From Mesoplasma florum L1 (GTDB lineage Bacteria > Bacillota_I > Bacilli_A > Mycoplasmatales > Mycoplasmataceae), in the NCBI RefSeq assembly GCF_000008305.1, contig NC_006055.1, positions 630,001-662,000 on the forward strand: a DNA stretch of 32,000 nucleotides, in the 5' to 3' direction. The position numbers and the translations under genes are program-made. Of the stretch, positions 21,147 through 31,595 are shown one piece after another. Below the pieces are notes generated by a model. It was not told the DNA's origin. It saw nothing but the letters and a program-made list of their open reading frames with translations, and ran no database searches. Numbering within the stretch: the first letter of the stretch is position 1; each line of letters starts with the position of its first letter.

Positions 21147-22040
21147 CTAGTTACCTAATTGAGCAGCTACTTCACTTGCAAAGTCAGTAACTACTTTTTC
21201 AATTCCTTCTCCAACTTCATATCTAACCATGTCAATTAAAGTTACTTTTTTAGATTCTAAGAATTGACCTACTTTAAAACTTTCATCAACAACATATTGT
21301 TGGTCTACTAAACTAATTTCTGATAAACGTTTTGATAATTTTCCTTTTAAAATGTTTTCTAAAACATTTTCTGGTTTACCTTGTAATTTTGGATCTTCTT
21401 TAGCTTCAGCTTTAATGATGCTAAATTCTGATTCTTTAAACTCAGCAGGGATTTCATCAATGCTTTTGTATTGTGGACTCATTGCGGCAACGTGCATAGC
21501 TAAGTTGTATGCATCTGTTGAATCAAGTGTTCCTTTAAAGTTCAATGCAACTGAAACTCTTTTGTTTGCATGATTGTATAAAGTAGTTGTATTTCCAGCT
21601 TCTTTTTCAATTAAAGTAAATCTTCTTAATTGAATTTTTTCTCCAATTGTTGCTGTAGCACTAACTAAAACTTGTTCAATTGTTTCTCCAGAGTTTGTTT
21701 TTAATGCTAAACCTTCTTCTAAAGTTTTAGCATTTGAAGCTAATAATACATTAGCAATTTCATCGATTAAATTTATAAATTTTTCGTTTTGTGCAACGAA
21801 ATCAGTTTCTGAGTTAACTTCAAGAATAACAACTTTTTTGTCGTCTTCTTTAGCTAATGCTACACCCTCAGCAGCTACACGGTCTGATTTTTTAGCAGCT
21901 TTAGCTAATCCGTTTTCTCTTAATCAAACGATTGCATCTTCGATGTTTCCATCAGTTGCTTCTAAAGCTTTTTTACAGTCCATCATACCAGCTTGTGTAA
22001 TTTCTCTTAATTCTTTAATTAATTGTGCGTTTACAGCCAT
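21147..22040 (-). CDS. tsf: Elongation factor Ts
   Basis: Code-4 ORF of 297 aa: '[51 protein letters not shown]...[14 protein letters not shown]...[17 protein letters not shown]...[13 protein letters not shown]'. Confidence 0.98.
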
Positions 22041-22064
22041 ATGTGTTTTCTCCTTTTGATTTTA

Positions 22065-22865
22065 TTAGTTATTTGTTCTTTCAGGTTTATTTCAGCTTCT
22101 GTTGTTTGAGTAGTTGTTTTCGCCTTCTGTTCTTTCACGTTTAACAACAACTGTTTTTAAAACTGAAGGTGCTAATTTTAAATTAGCTCCATCAGCGAAT
22201 GCATCAACTAAAGCATTGATCATAATGTTTACTGATTCTTGTAAATCATCGTTTGCAGGAATTGGTAAAGTTACGATATCTGGATCAACGTTAGTATCAC
22301 ATAATCCGATAACTGGAATGTTTAATTTAATTGCTTCTTTAACAGCAATTTCATCTGATTTAGGATCTACAACAATTAATGCAGCAGGTAATTTACGCAT
22401 TTGTTTGATTCCACCTAATGATTTTTCTAAGTTAGCTTTTTCTTTTAAAATTAAGATTTGTTCTTTTTTAGTTCTTAAAGCTAATTGTCCATTTTTTTCT
22501 GATTCTTCAATTTCTCATAAAGCTTTAATTCTTTTTACGATTGTTTTGAAGTTAGTTAAAGTTCCACCTAATCATCTTTGGTTAACATAATAGTTTCCTG
22601 ATCTTAATGCAGCTTCTTTAACAGCTAATTTAGCTGAACGTCTTGTTCCTACGAATAAAACTTTTTCACCTTTAGCTCCGATTGATTGAACTAATTTTTC
22701 AGCTTGTCTTAATTGAATTAAAGTTTTTTCTAAATCAATTACGTGGTTTTTTGATTTTGACCCATAAATAAATGGTGCCATTTTTGGATTTCATCTTTTT
22801 GTTTGGTGACCGTATTGAACACCAGCAGCAGATAACTCATCTCTTGTTACTTCTTTGTATGCCAT
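22065..22865 (-). CDS. rpsB: 30S ribosomal protein S2
   Basis: Code-4 ORF of 266 aa: '[48 protein letters not shown]...[41 protein letters not shown]...PAALIVVDPKSDEIAVKEAIKLNIPVIGLCDTNVDPD'. Confidence 0.98.
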
Positions 22866-22900
22866 TTTTGTACTCCTTCTTTTTGTATTTGTTAGGCTTC

Positions 22901-22965
22901 CAAGCGATTCGAACACTAACCACCCTTTTACTAATTCGGGCACTGGGTTAATGAATTCTCGCTTG
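22901..22965 (-). promoter_or_regulatory. Structured RNA leader upstream of rpsB (putative autoregulatory element)
   Basis: Minus strand 5' CAAGCGA GAATTC ATTAACC CAGTG CCC GAATTAGTAAAA GGG T GGTTAGT GTTCGAA TCGCTTG 3' has nested pairings (P1 CAAGCGA/TCGCTTG, P2 ATTAACC/GGTTAGT with one G-U, inner CCC/GGG) just upstream of the rpsB RBS. Confidence 0.55.
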
Positions 22966-23016
22966 TGATTGAATATCTATATTTTTTGTTAAATAATCAA
23001 CTTTTAAAATTATAGC

Positions 23017-23043
23017 AAAAAAAGCCCAATTTTTAAAGGGCTT
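23017..23043 (-). terminator. Rho-independent terminator downstream of the flippase-like gene
   Basis: Minus strand AAGCCC-TTTAAAAATT-GGGCTT followed by a T run. Confidence 0.75.
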
Positions 23044-23060
23044 AGTTTTAAGAATTAATG

Positions 23061-25121
23061 TTATTTTTTAGTTTTCACTTTTGCAACTGTTGTTTCAGTA
23101 GGTTTTAGTGTATAAACTTTTGGTGTATTTTTATATTTATATCTTTTTTCAAAATAATTTTCATCATTAATTATTTCATTATTTTCTTCAATTTGATCGT
23201 ATAAAGATTTCATTATTTGATCATTTTGATTTGATTCTTCTTCAGCATTAATACCTGCATCAATGAACCTAGCAATTTTTAATTTACTACTATTTTTTTG
23301 AATAATTTGTTTAACAATCGGTAAGTTAACAATAATATTTAAACCAATTTTTGGTCTGAATATTAAAGGCAATATAATACAAATTGGTAAACTTGTAATC
23401 CCTGTAATGGCGAGTACACTAACAATTGTTGGAATAGAAATTGAATCCACAATAACACTTATTGTACCAGCTTCAGTAGTTGCAATATTTATTTTTATTA
23501 AAGCAAATTGACTTAATCCATATTTTATAAATAAAGATGTTGAAATAACTGGAACTAATAAGAATATAAAGTTTGGTATTACATTTTTTAATGAAGAATT
23601 ATAAGTTATATGCGTTCAAGTAAATGACCACAAGAAGAAGTAAGCAATCATCATAAATATTAATTTGATTATGTAAAAGTATCTAATAATATTAGGTATT
23701 CAATTAGGTTTATCTCCTGAGTTAAAAGCAAAAAAGTAAATTAATACTAAAGTTATAGCTTCTGTTACTACATATCAAGTTGCAATCAAGTTCAATCATT
23801 TAGTTGTTCTTTTCTCAATACCTTTAGCTTGAACTAAAACATACTGACCTTGTACTATAATAATGGCACTTGTAGATAAACCAAATAATATTGAAAATTC
23901 TTGTCCAGAAAATATATATTTTAATGCTTCTGCTTGATATATAGCGCTAGCTTCTGTTCCATCAAAATCTTTTGCAATAACGTTTCCAAATAATCCGGTT
24001 GCAACAAAAGGTGTAAGGATCGAAATCATAACAAAACTAAATGCAGCAACAATATATGTATAAAGTTCATAGTTTGTATATGTTTTTCATTCTATTCTTC
24101 CTTCTCTTAAAATTTGAGATATAAAGAACTCTCTAAAAGAAACAATAAAATTTAACATAATAATTCTTATATTAATACCTACTATCATATAAATAGATAA
24201 CATAGATGTTGTTTTAAGACCAGAAGCTCCTAAAACAATAAGAAGAATAATAATGTCAGCATTCATCAAAGTATTTATTCCTAATGAAGAAAAGAAAAGT
24301 TTTGATGATTTTCTCACTAAATTATGATCGTTAAAATCTGAGTAAAATTTAATTCATGGGTATTTTCTTTTAACATATACCATAATCATAAATCCACGAA
24401 TAAAAGGATAAATAACAATGGGTAAGAAAACTAAAACAGGACTAATATGTATTCCTTTAAAATTTATATAACTTAGTAAGGAAATAATTAACATATATAC
24501 AATTACATCAGTAAACAAAATAATTGCTCTTCTTAAATAGTTTTGTTTGTCAGCTTCAAGGACATTTTCATAAATACCAAAAATAGAAGAACTAACAACT
24601 TGCTTGAACCCAAAAAAGAAACAAACAAATCCTAATTCTCATAAATGTATTGTAATTGGATCCATTCCATCTTTAATAATTGGTCCTGTAATACTTGTTG
24701 TAATTGGATCTCCTTGTAAAAAATGTGGAGCTAAAGCAATTTCAAGAGGATATAAAATTGAAATTAAAGTTACAAAAATTAATCCTCTTCATAATTTATT
24801 ACGATATTTTCTTTTTGCTGTTGAAAAAGATTCATTTGCTGTAATTCAATCTTTTTCCATGATTGGTTTTGCCATTAAAATAACTGTAGTTATTCCTAAA
24901 GCACCTTCACATGTACCACCAATAATAGCGATTGACATTGATATTCTTACGAACCCATTAAATTCAGTACCATAAGCACTCAAAATTCAATAAATCATAA
25001 GAATTTGAATAATGGTATTTGTTAAAGAAATAGCAACTCCAACTAGCGCACTTCAAACACTAGTTCTAGCTGATGTCTTTATAACTATGTTTTCTGTTGC
25101 ATTTGTAGCTTCAGGTTGCAT
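23061..25121 (-). CDS. Large polytopic membrane protein resembling oligosaccharide flippases (MATE/Wzx-like)
   Basis: Code-4 ORF of 686 aa with about 12-14 hydrophobic segments: 'SVWSALVGVAISLTNTIIQILMIYWILSAYGTEFNGFVRISMSIAIIGGTCEGALGITTVILM...'. C-terminal cytosolic charged tail. Function inferred from architecture only. Confidence 0.5.
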
Positions 25122-25136
25122 TTCTCCACCTCCTTT

Positions 25137-26045
25137 TTATCAGGTTGGTTCTATTTCTATAATTTTACCATTTAGATTTTCCAAATTTCCTTCAAAACCA
25201 TTGAACACTAATTTATTAGCAAATAAAAAAATCATTTTTTCATTGTTTATTATTGTTCCAGAATATCTAGAATCATTGATAATTGAAGCGCCATAATATT
25301 CAAGAGTAGCTCTAATTTGGTGCTTTCTTCCTGTTAATATTTGAACTTCAAGTTCAGTTTGTTCATTAGTTACATCTAAACTAACAACATTAAATATTGT
25401 TGTAGCTTCTTTGTAATCACTTCTAAATTCTTCGCTAAATACTGATTTTTGAATTATTGGATCATATTTAATTCATCCCTTAGCAATTAAACTTTCTGTT
25501 ACTGGAACATCAATTCTACAACGGTAGTATTTTTCAATTTTTTCTTTATCTTGAATTGCTTCCACCATAATGTCATGTGTTTGTTTATTTTTTGCATACA
25601 TAATTAGTCCAGATGTTAATTTATCCAATCTATGAATATGACTTATAACATATGAATTCTCTTCACTAGGATTATATTGATTTGTGTCAAATAAATAATT
25701 CTTAACAATATCATCCATACTTGTTTTAACTGGAGAATGGACTTCAACGTTATAAGGTTTTTTAACAATTAAAAGATTTGAATCTTCATATATAACGTCA
25801 ATATCATAATTTGTTATTTTTTTGAAATCATCCCTTAAAACTGGTTTGTTATTGTCATAAACAATAATTTCATCATTAGCTTTAATTAAATAATCTTTAT
25901 CCTTAATTCTTTTTCCATTAATTTTAATGTCACCTTTTCTTAGTCATTTGTAAATAACTGATAGAGGTGTTGTTTTATAATTCTTTTTTAAAAATTTAAA
26001 TAATGACTGATTATCATCATTTTGATTTGCTTTAAATGTATTCAT
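25137..26045 (-). CDS. RluA/RluC-family pseudouridine synthase
   Basis: Code-4 ORF of 302 aa: S4-like 'LSVIYKWLRKGDIKINGKRIKDKDYLIKANDEI', 'VIYEDSNLLIVKKPYNVEVHS', catalytic 'ISHIHRLDKLTSGLIMYAKN', and 'VQILTGRKHQIRATLEYYGASIINDSRY'. Confidence 0.93.
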
Positions 26046-27037
26046 TAGTTTCTCCCTGCGATCATTCAAATAAATGTTATAAGGTTTGATCCTAAATGAA
26101 CTAATCATGAATAGGTTACATTACCTTCTGTGTAAATAAAAGTTGCTGATAATATAATTGATGGAATTAAATATATGTAAATGTTTTGAACATCTCCCAT
26201 ACCTACATGTACCATAGCAAAAGCTAATGATGAAATGATCATTGCAAATCACTTATTACCAACTCCTGTAAAAATTGAATCTCTAAATGCTAGTTCTTCA
26301 ACTAATGGTGCAACAACAACACTAAAAATAAATAATAAAATTGAATAAAATATTTTAACTGTAATTGAAGAGTTTTTATAAATTTCACTAAGTGCATTTT
26401 GATTTGCTGTTTCTTTTTCAATAAAACTTAATCCAAATGATACAGCGAATAAAACGATTGTCATTATTAAAACTACTACTATTACTTTTTTTCATTCTTT
26501 TTTCAAAGTCAAAAAAATTCTATCTTTCAAAAATGGCACTTTAATAAATAATATTATTCCTACAACAACTTCTGCAATGATTTGTAGTGTCATTGATACA
26601 AATTGAGTTGCTACCGGATTATTTTTGCTGTTTCAACCAGATAAAGCTAAAAATAACGAACCTAAAATTATTACAAATAAGAAAGGTAATACTATAAAAG
26701 CATAAATACCAAAAGCATTGGTTCTTGTGAAAAGTTCATTGTCTCTTTTATATAAAACAAAACAACCTATTGCAGAGCAAAATATTTGAACTGAAACAAA
26801 CACAAGATTTATAATACTTTGTGTGTCTTCTTCTGTATTTGCGTTTATTGTGAATTTTAATATTATAAGAACTATTAATGGCACAAATAGAACTGAAGTT
26901 GCGAATATGATTCCATCAATCAAAGGATTAAAAACATTAAATTTGAATTTAACTTCTTCTGGTAATTGATCTTGAAATCTCATTTTGTTTAATGATGATT
27001 TCATAAAATTTTTGAGTTTATTAATTATTAATTTCAT
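26045..27037 (-). CDS. CPBP family intramembrane glutamic endopeptidase (Abi-like)
   Basis: Code-4 ORF of 330 aa; 'VVAPLVEELAFRDSIF' (EExxxR), 'SSLAFAMVHVG' (FxxxH) and 'YSWVHLGSNLI' (HxxxN) are the three CPBP motifs. TAATG overlap with the downstream rluA-like gene. Confidence 0.88.
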
Positions 27038-27075
27038 GTTTCTCCTTTTTTCATGTCTAATTAATTAAAACATAT

Positions 27076-27099
27076 AAAAAAATTGCTATAAGCAATTTT
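27076..27099 (-). terminator. Rho-independent terminator of ptsH
   Basis: Minus strand AAATTGCT-TAT-AGCAATTT followed by a T run. Confidence 0.75.
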
Positions 27100-27112
27100 C
27101 ATTAATTTTGTT

Positions 27113-27382
27113 TTAACCTTCAATTAATGCTGCAGCGATCATTGCTTCTTTAATACCAGCAACTGCTTCTTCAGCATCACTACCATCAGCAATAATAGTA
27201 ATTTCATCACCATTTTTAATTTGCATTGATAAGATGTTCATTATTGATCTTAAGTTTCCTGATTTACTTCCTGAAACGATTTGAATGTCTGAACCATATT
27301 TTGAAGCTGCTGAAATAATTGCAGTAGCTGGTCTTGCATGTAATCCAATTTTGTCAGTTATAACTGCTGTAAATTGTGCCAT
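27113..27382 (-). CDS. ptsH: Phosphocarrier protein HPr
   Basis: 89 aa: 'FTAVITDKIGLHARPATAIISAASKYGSDIQIVSGSKSGNLRSIMNILSMQIKNGDEITIIADGSDAEEAV', with the active-site GLHARPA and the regulatory Ser region (NLRSIMNI). Confidence 0.98.
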   Translation of the reverse strand: MAQFTAVITDKIGLHARPATAIISAASKYGSDIQIVSGSKSGNLRSIMNILSMQIKNGDEITIIADGSDAEEAVAGIKEAMIAAALIEG

Positions 27383-27456
27383 TTAATTTTCCTCCTGTAT
27401 TTTTTGATACTTAATTATTATATCAATAAGTTGATATCATTATCAATTCTTATTAA

Positions 27457-29628
27457 TTAATTTTTCTTTGATATGGTTGCGTCATTAACTGAAATTGGCA
27501 TAATTCCATAACTTGAACTAAAAGCAACCTTCATTGTTTGGTCGTTTATTTCAATAACAACTCCATCACCAAAAATCATGTGTTCTATAACATCATTCTT
27601 CTCATATCCTGCAGATGTTTTCACATGCTGATTTGATTTGATTGAGCTTAAGTGACTTGTATTGGCAAACGGATTTGAACTCTTTTGATATTTACCTTCA
27701 AACTGATATAAATCTTGGTCGAATTCCTTAATAAATTTTGATGGTGCTAATTCTGATTGTGAAATAAATGAAAATTCACCTTTAATATACGTTATATAAA
27801 CTTTTTCTTCTGCTCTTGTTATAGCAACATATAAAGTTCTTCTTTCTTCTTCTATTTCTCTAGCTGAATTTGAAGATAATCTACCTGGAAATACATCTTG
27901 ATTAAGCCCGACAACAAAAACTATTTTATTTTCTAAACCTTTTGCAGCATGTACAGTTAATAAAGTAACTTTTTGTGCTTCAATATCATCAGCATCAGAA
28001 TTTAATAGTGCTTCTTCTTGTAAATAAGAAACTATTTTATCTGTTGATCCTTCGTTTAATTCTTCAGTTTGATATGATTTATCAAAATTTTCTAGTTGAT
28101 CATACAATGAATCTATGTAACTTAAATCTTCTTTTTTTTCTGTATCCTTCAATTTTTGAATATATCCTGACTCAACAAGCATATATTGCAATGTCATTCT
28201 GATATTCTTGCTTTCATTATAAACATTTACAGAGTTTGAAAGAACATTTCTTATTGTTGTCAAATGTTTTGAAACTTGATTTATATGCAATTCATCTTCA
28301 TTAACAATTAAGTCATAAAGCGATACATTCATGTCATTGGCTTTTTCTTTTAATTTCTTAATTGTTACATCTCCAACTTTTGGAATGCTTTTTAAAACTC
28401 TTTCAACAGCTTGTTCATCTTGTGTAGCTAAAGTTCTTAAAAAAGCATTTGCTTCTTTAATTACTTTTCTGTCTTTAAAACGAATTCCACCAATTAATTG
28501 AAAAGGAATTTTATTATTTTGAAATTCTTTTTCAAATTCTTGTGATCAAGCATTAAGCCTGTATAGTACAAAAATGTCTTTATACTCATAACCATCTTTG
28601 ATTAATTCTTTAATTTTTAAAGTTACATATCTTGCTTCATCATTTCTAGATTCACATTCTTTAATTATTGGTAAATCTCCTGTTGCATTATTTGTAAAAA
28701 TATCTTTAGCTTCTCTATTTTTATTATTATTAATAAAGTCATTTGCTAAGTCTAAAATTTTCTGAGTTGATCTATAATTTTGATTAAGAGTGATGCTAAC
28801 ACCGTTTGAAAATGATTTTGTAAAATTCAAAATAATATCAACTTTTGCCCCACGTCAAGAATATATTGTTTGATCTGGGTCTCCAACTACTGTTAAATTA
28901 TTTTTATCTCTTGTTAAAAATTTTATTAAATCAAACTGTAGATCGTTGGTGTCTTGAAACTCATCAACCATAACATAATCATATCTATTTCTTCATTTTT
29001 CTAAAGCTTCAGGATGCTCATTAAAAAGTTTAAAAACAAGAACTTGTAAATCATTAAAATCAATTGAATTTATTGTTTTTAAATAATCTTCATATTTTTG
29101 ATATAACGTAGCAATAGCTCTTTCAATCCCACTATAACATTCTTCTGTTGCTTCTAATGGAGATGTTAAATCATTCTTTCAATTACCAATTCTATAAATA
29201 ATTTTTTTCTCTGTGTATTTTTTTAATTCAGGTAAATGACTAAAGTGTTCATTTATTAAACTTCTTAAAATTGCAATTTGATCACCTTGATCGATAATTA
29301 AAAAGTTTTTATTTAAACCTACTAATTCAAAATCTTCTCTTAAAACTCTTGAACATCAAGCATGAAATGTAGAAATATGAGGATTACTTTTTAAGTCAGG
29401 TATAATTTTTGTTACTCTATCTCTCATCTCTCTTGCTGCTTTATTGGTAAAAGTCACAGCTAATATTTTATAAGGAGCCATTTTTAGTTCTTCAATTAAA
29501 TAAGCAATTTTTGTGGTAATTACTTTAGTTTTACCAGAACCAGCACCAGCAACTATTCTTAACGGTTTGTCTGTTATTGTCACCGCTGCCAATTGTTGTT
29601 CATTTAATTGTAATAATAAATTATTCAT
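27457..29628 (-). CDS. pcrA: UvrD/PcrA/Rep-type superfamily 1 DNA helicase
   Basis: Code-4 ORF of 723 aa: 'LNEQQLAAV', '[14 protein letters not shown]', '[17 protein letters not shown]', '[14 protein letters not shown]', '[17 protein letters not shown]', 'LNQNYRST', '[28 protein letters not shown]', '[22 protein letters not shown]'. Confidence 0.96.
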
Positions 29629-30457
29629 GGCTTTCTCCTTTTTCTTTTTGTTCTATTTGTTTTTGATTCTTTTTTTCAATTTTTAAATTTTCAGTTAAGC
29701 TAGGTTTATCAACTTGTATTGAATTATAAAATTCTTTTTCCTCTGAGTTACCAATTTCATTTAAAATTGCATCATCAAATTTACCTGGTGTTTCTTTTAA
29801 AACAGATTTGCCAGATTGATTTTTATAAATTTTTGTTTGCTTTTGTTTTTCTAAAACAACTATAACTTTGTTCTTCATATCTACTGATGCTTGATGATTT
29901 TTTTGTAATTTAATTGACAGTGCTATGGCAATATTTCAAATTAAAAAAATTCAATAGTTTAATTGATATATTATATAACCTGCATCTAAGTAACCACTAG
30001 ATTTAGTCTTATCATATTTTGACATTAAGAAAAGAAAAAGTATGTTTCCTAAATATAATAGACACCATGGTAGTAATATAAATCATAATTCGCGTTCAAA
30101 TATATCCTTGAATTTTAATTTTTCGCTTGCTTTAAATTTCACTAACTTTATTCTAAAAATAATTTTTCCTACTGTTTTACCATTAAAAAAGTATGGTAGT
30201 AAAACAAAGTAGGAAAAATTTCATATTAATGCTGCTGAAAAAATTATAAATAAGAAAATTCAATTACCTTCTTTAGCTTGATCTTTAAAGATAAATCCTA
30301 AAATTAAAAATAATAAAGAACTAATAATTAAATCTGTAAGTCTTGCAAAAAATATTTTTCATAAACTTGGTAAATAAAATTCATTTTCCTTTAATGCGTT
30401 TTCTTCTACTTTTAATAATTCATAATTTCCATCAACATTTTTATTTACTTCAAACAT
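29621..30457 (-). CDS. RDD family membrane protein with long charged C-terminal tail
   Basis: Code-4 ORF of 278 aa: 'IFFARLTDLIISSLLFLILGFIF', 'FFNGKTVGKIIFRIKLV...LKFKDIFERELWF', TM segments, then a Lys/Glu/Gln-rich tail. Overlaps the helicase start by 8 nt. Confidence 0.72.
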
Positions 30458-30463
30458 TATCAA

Positions 30464-31423
30464 TTATCCTAATTTTTTTAGTCGTTCATTAATAAAGCTA
30501 TTGAAATTTTCCATTCTTATTGTGAAATCTGGGTTTGCGTTTTCTAAGAAAATTGCATTTTGTGTTGTGAATTCCTTCACTTTTCTGTCAAGTTTTGTAT
30601 TAACAAATAAAATTGCTTTTTTATTAATAGCTGGATTCTTGATGCTTTTTGAAAGATTCAAGAAATCATATGCCATACAGTAATTGGCTGCAAAGTTTAA
30701 TTCATCTTTAAATTCTTTATATGTTCCAATTCTTCTGTAGTAGTTTAATACGTGAGGTCATTGATTAACTATATCAAAAATTGAGTATTTAGGTACAGAT
30801 ACTTTATGTTTAAATAAAACATCTCCTGATAAATAAAAGTTTCTTGAGTGTGCAAGTGCCATAAATAAAAATAACATATCAAATCTAACATTCTTTTTGA
30901 AAGTTATTCTAAAATCTTTTATAAATTTACTTCTAAATAATTTACCATAAATTTCTTGTGAAATATAAGCAAATACTTCTTTATTATCTTGTAAATCATA
31001 CAATTTATTTGTTTCTAATAATGGTTGTGTATCACCCTCAAATAAATTTGATTGTTCATACTGAACTTCAATTAAATCTATTTTAGCTTCGTTTGATTCA
31101 ACAATGTTTTGTACTGTCTGTACATAATTTTCATTAATTAAATCCCCTTCTTTTAAAAATGAAACATACTCACCGCGAGCTAACTCTATCCCATTATTTC
31201 AATTTAATGATTCTCCTTGACCTTTTGAATTAAAGATTAGCATAATTTTGTCGTTTTCAATAAACTGATCTCTAACAAAATCTATAGCTTCTTTTTCAAT
31301 GTTTGGTTCGTCAACTACTATGATTAACTCATATGAATCATTAGTTTGTTTTTTTAGTGTATTAATTGTTTTAAATAATTTTTCTTCTCTAGCTTGGCTA
31401 GAAATAATAAATGAAACTAACAT
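30464..31423 (-). CDS. Glycosyltransferase family 2-like protein with divergent active-site motifs
   Basis: Code-4 ORF of 319 aa: 'MLVSFIISSQAREEKLFKTINTLKKQTNDSYELIIVVDEPN...SLNWNNGIELARGEYVSFLKEGDLINENYVQ' matches the GT2 N-terminal layout. Confidence 0.75.
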
Positions 31424-31595
31424 TCTTTTACCTCTCTTGAATATAACTATATATATTTTACACTAAAAGGTATTTTTTTGTTATTTATTCCTTTAAGTAG
31501 TTATCGATGAACCTAATTATTTTTTAAAATGATTTTAAGATATAATAATAAATAACGAGAATACAATAAGTTTTTTAACATGAAAGGATGATATT

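Noticed and set aside
22114-22590. 158-aa + strand ORF
   Set aside because: Fully antisense to rpsB, which is certain from conserved S2 motifs. The ORF is open only because of shadow coding.
22866-22990. T-box riboswitch (GGGTGG present) or a real tRNA gene (GTTCGAA, 7-bp closing stem)
   Set aside because: The downstream gene is rpsB, not an aminoacyl-tRNA synthetase or amino-acid gene, and the full T-box AGGGTGGNACCGCG core and the specifier stem are absent. No anticodon arm/D-arm cloverleaf fits either.
24604-25296. + strand ORFs 24604..24975 and 25012..25296
   Set aside because: Antisense to the flippase-like and RluA-like genes, with no RBS and no recognisable family.
26045-27037. CPBP (Abi) protein as an abortive-infection defence gene
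   Set aside because: The Abi name is historical. There are no defence partners nearby, and CPBP proteases are common in ordinary Firmicutes/Mollicutes contexts.
503-29628. Apparent fragmentation of many genes (trmD, argS, scpA, pcrA, deacetylase and others), suggesting pseudogenes
   Set aside because: All breaks are TGA codons at conserved Trp or neutral positions, and the frame stays the same across them. This is genetic code 4, not frameshift or decay.
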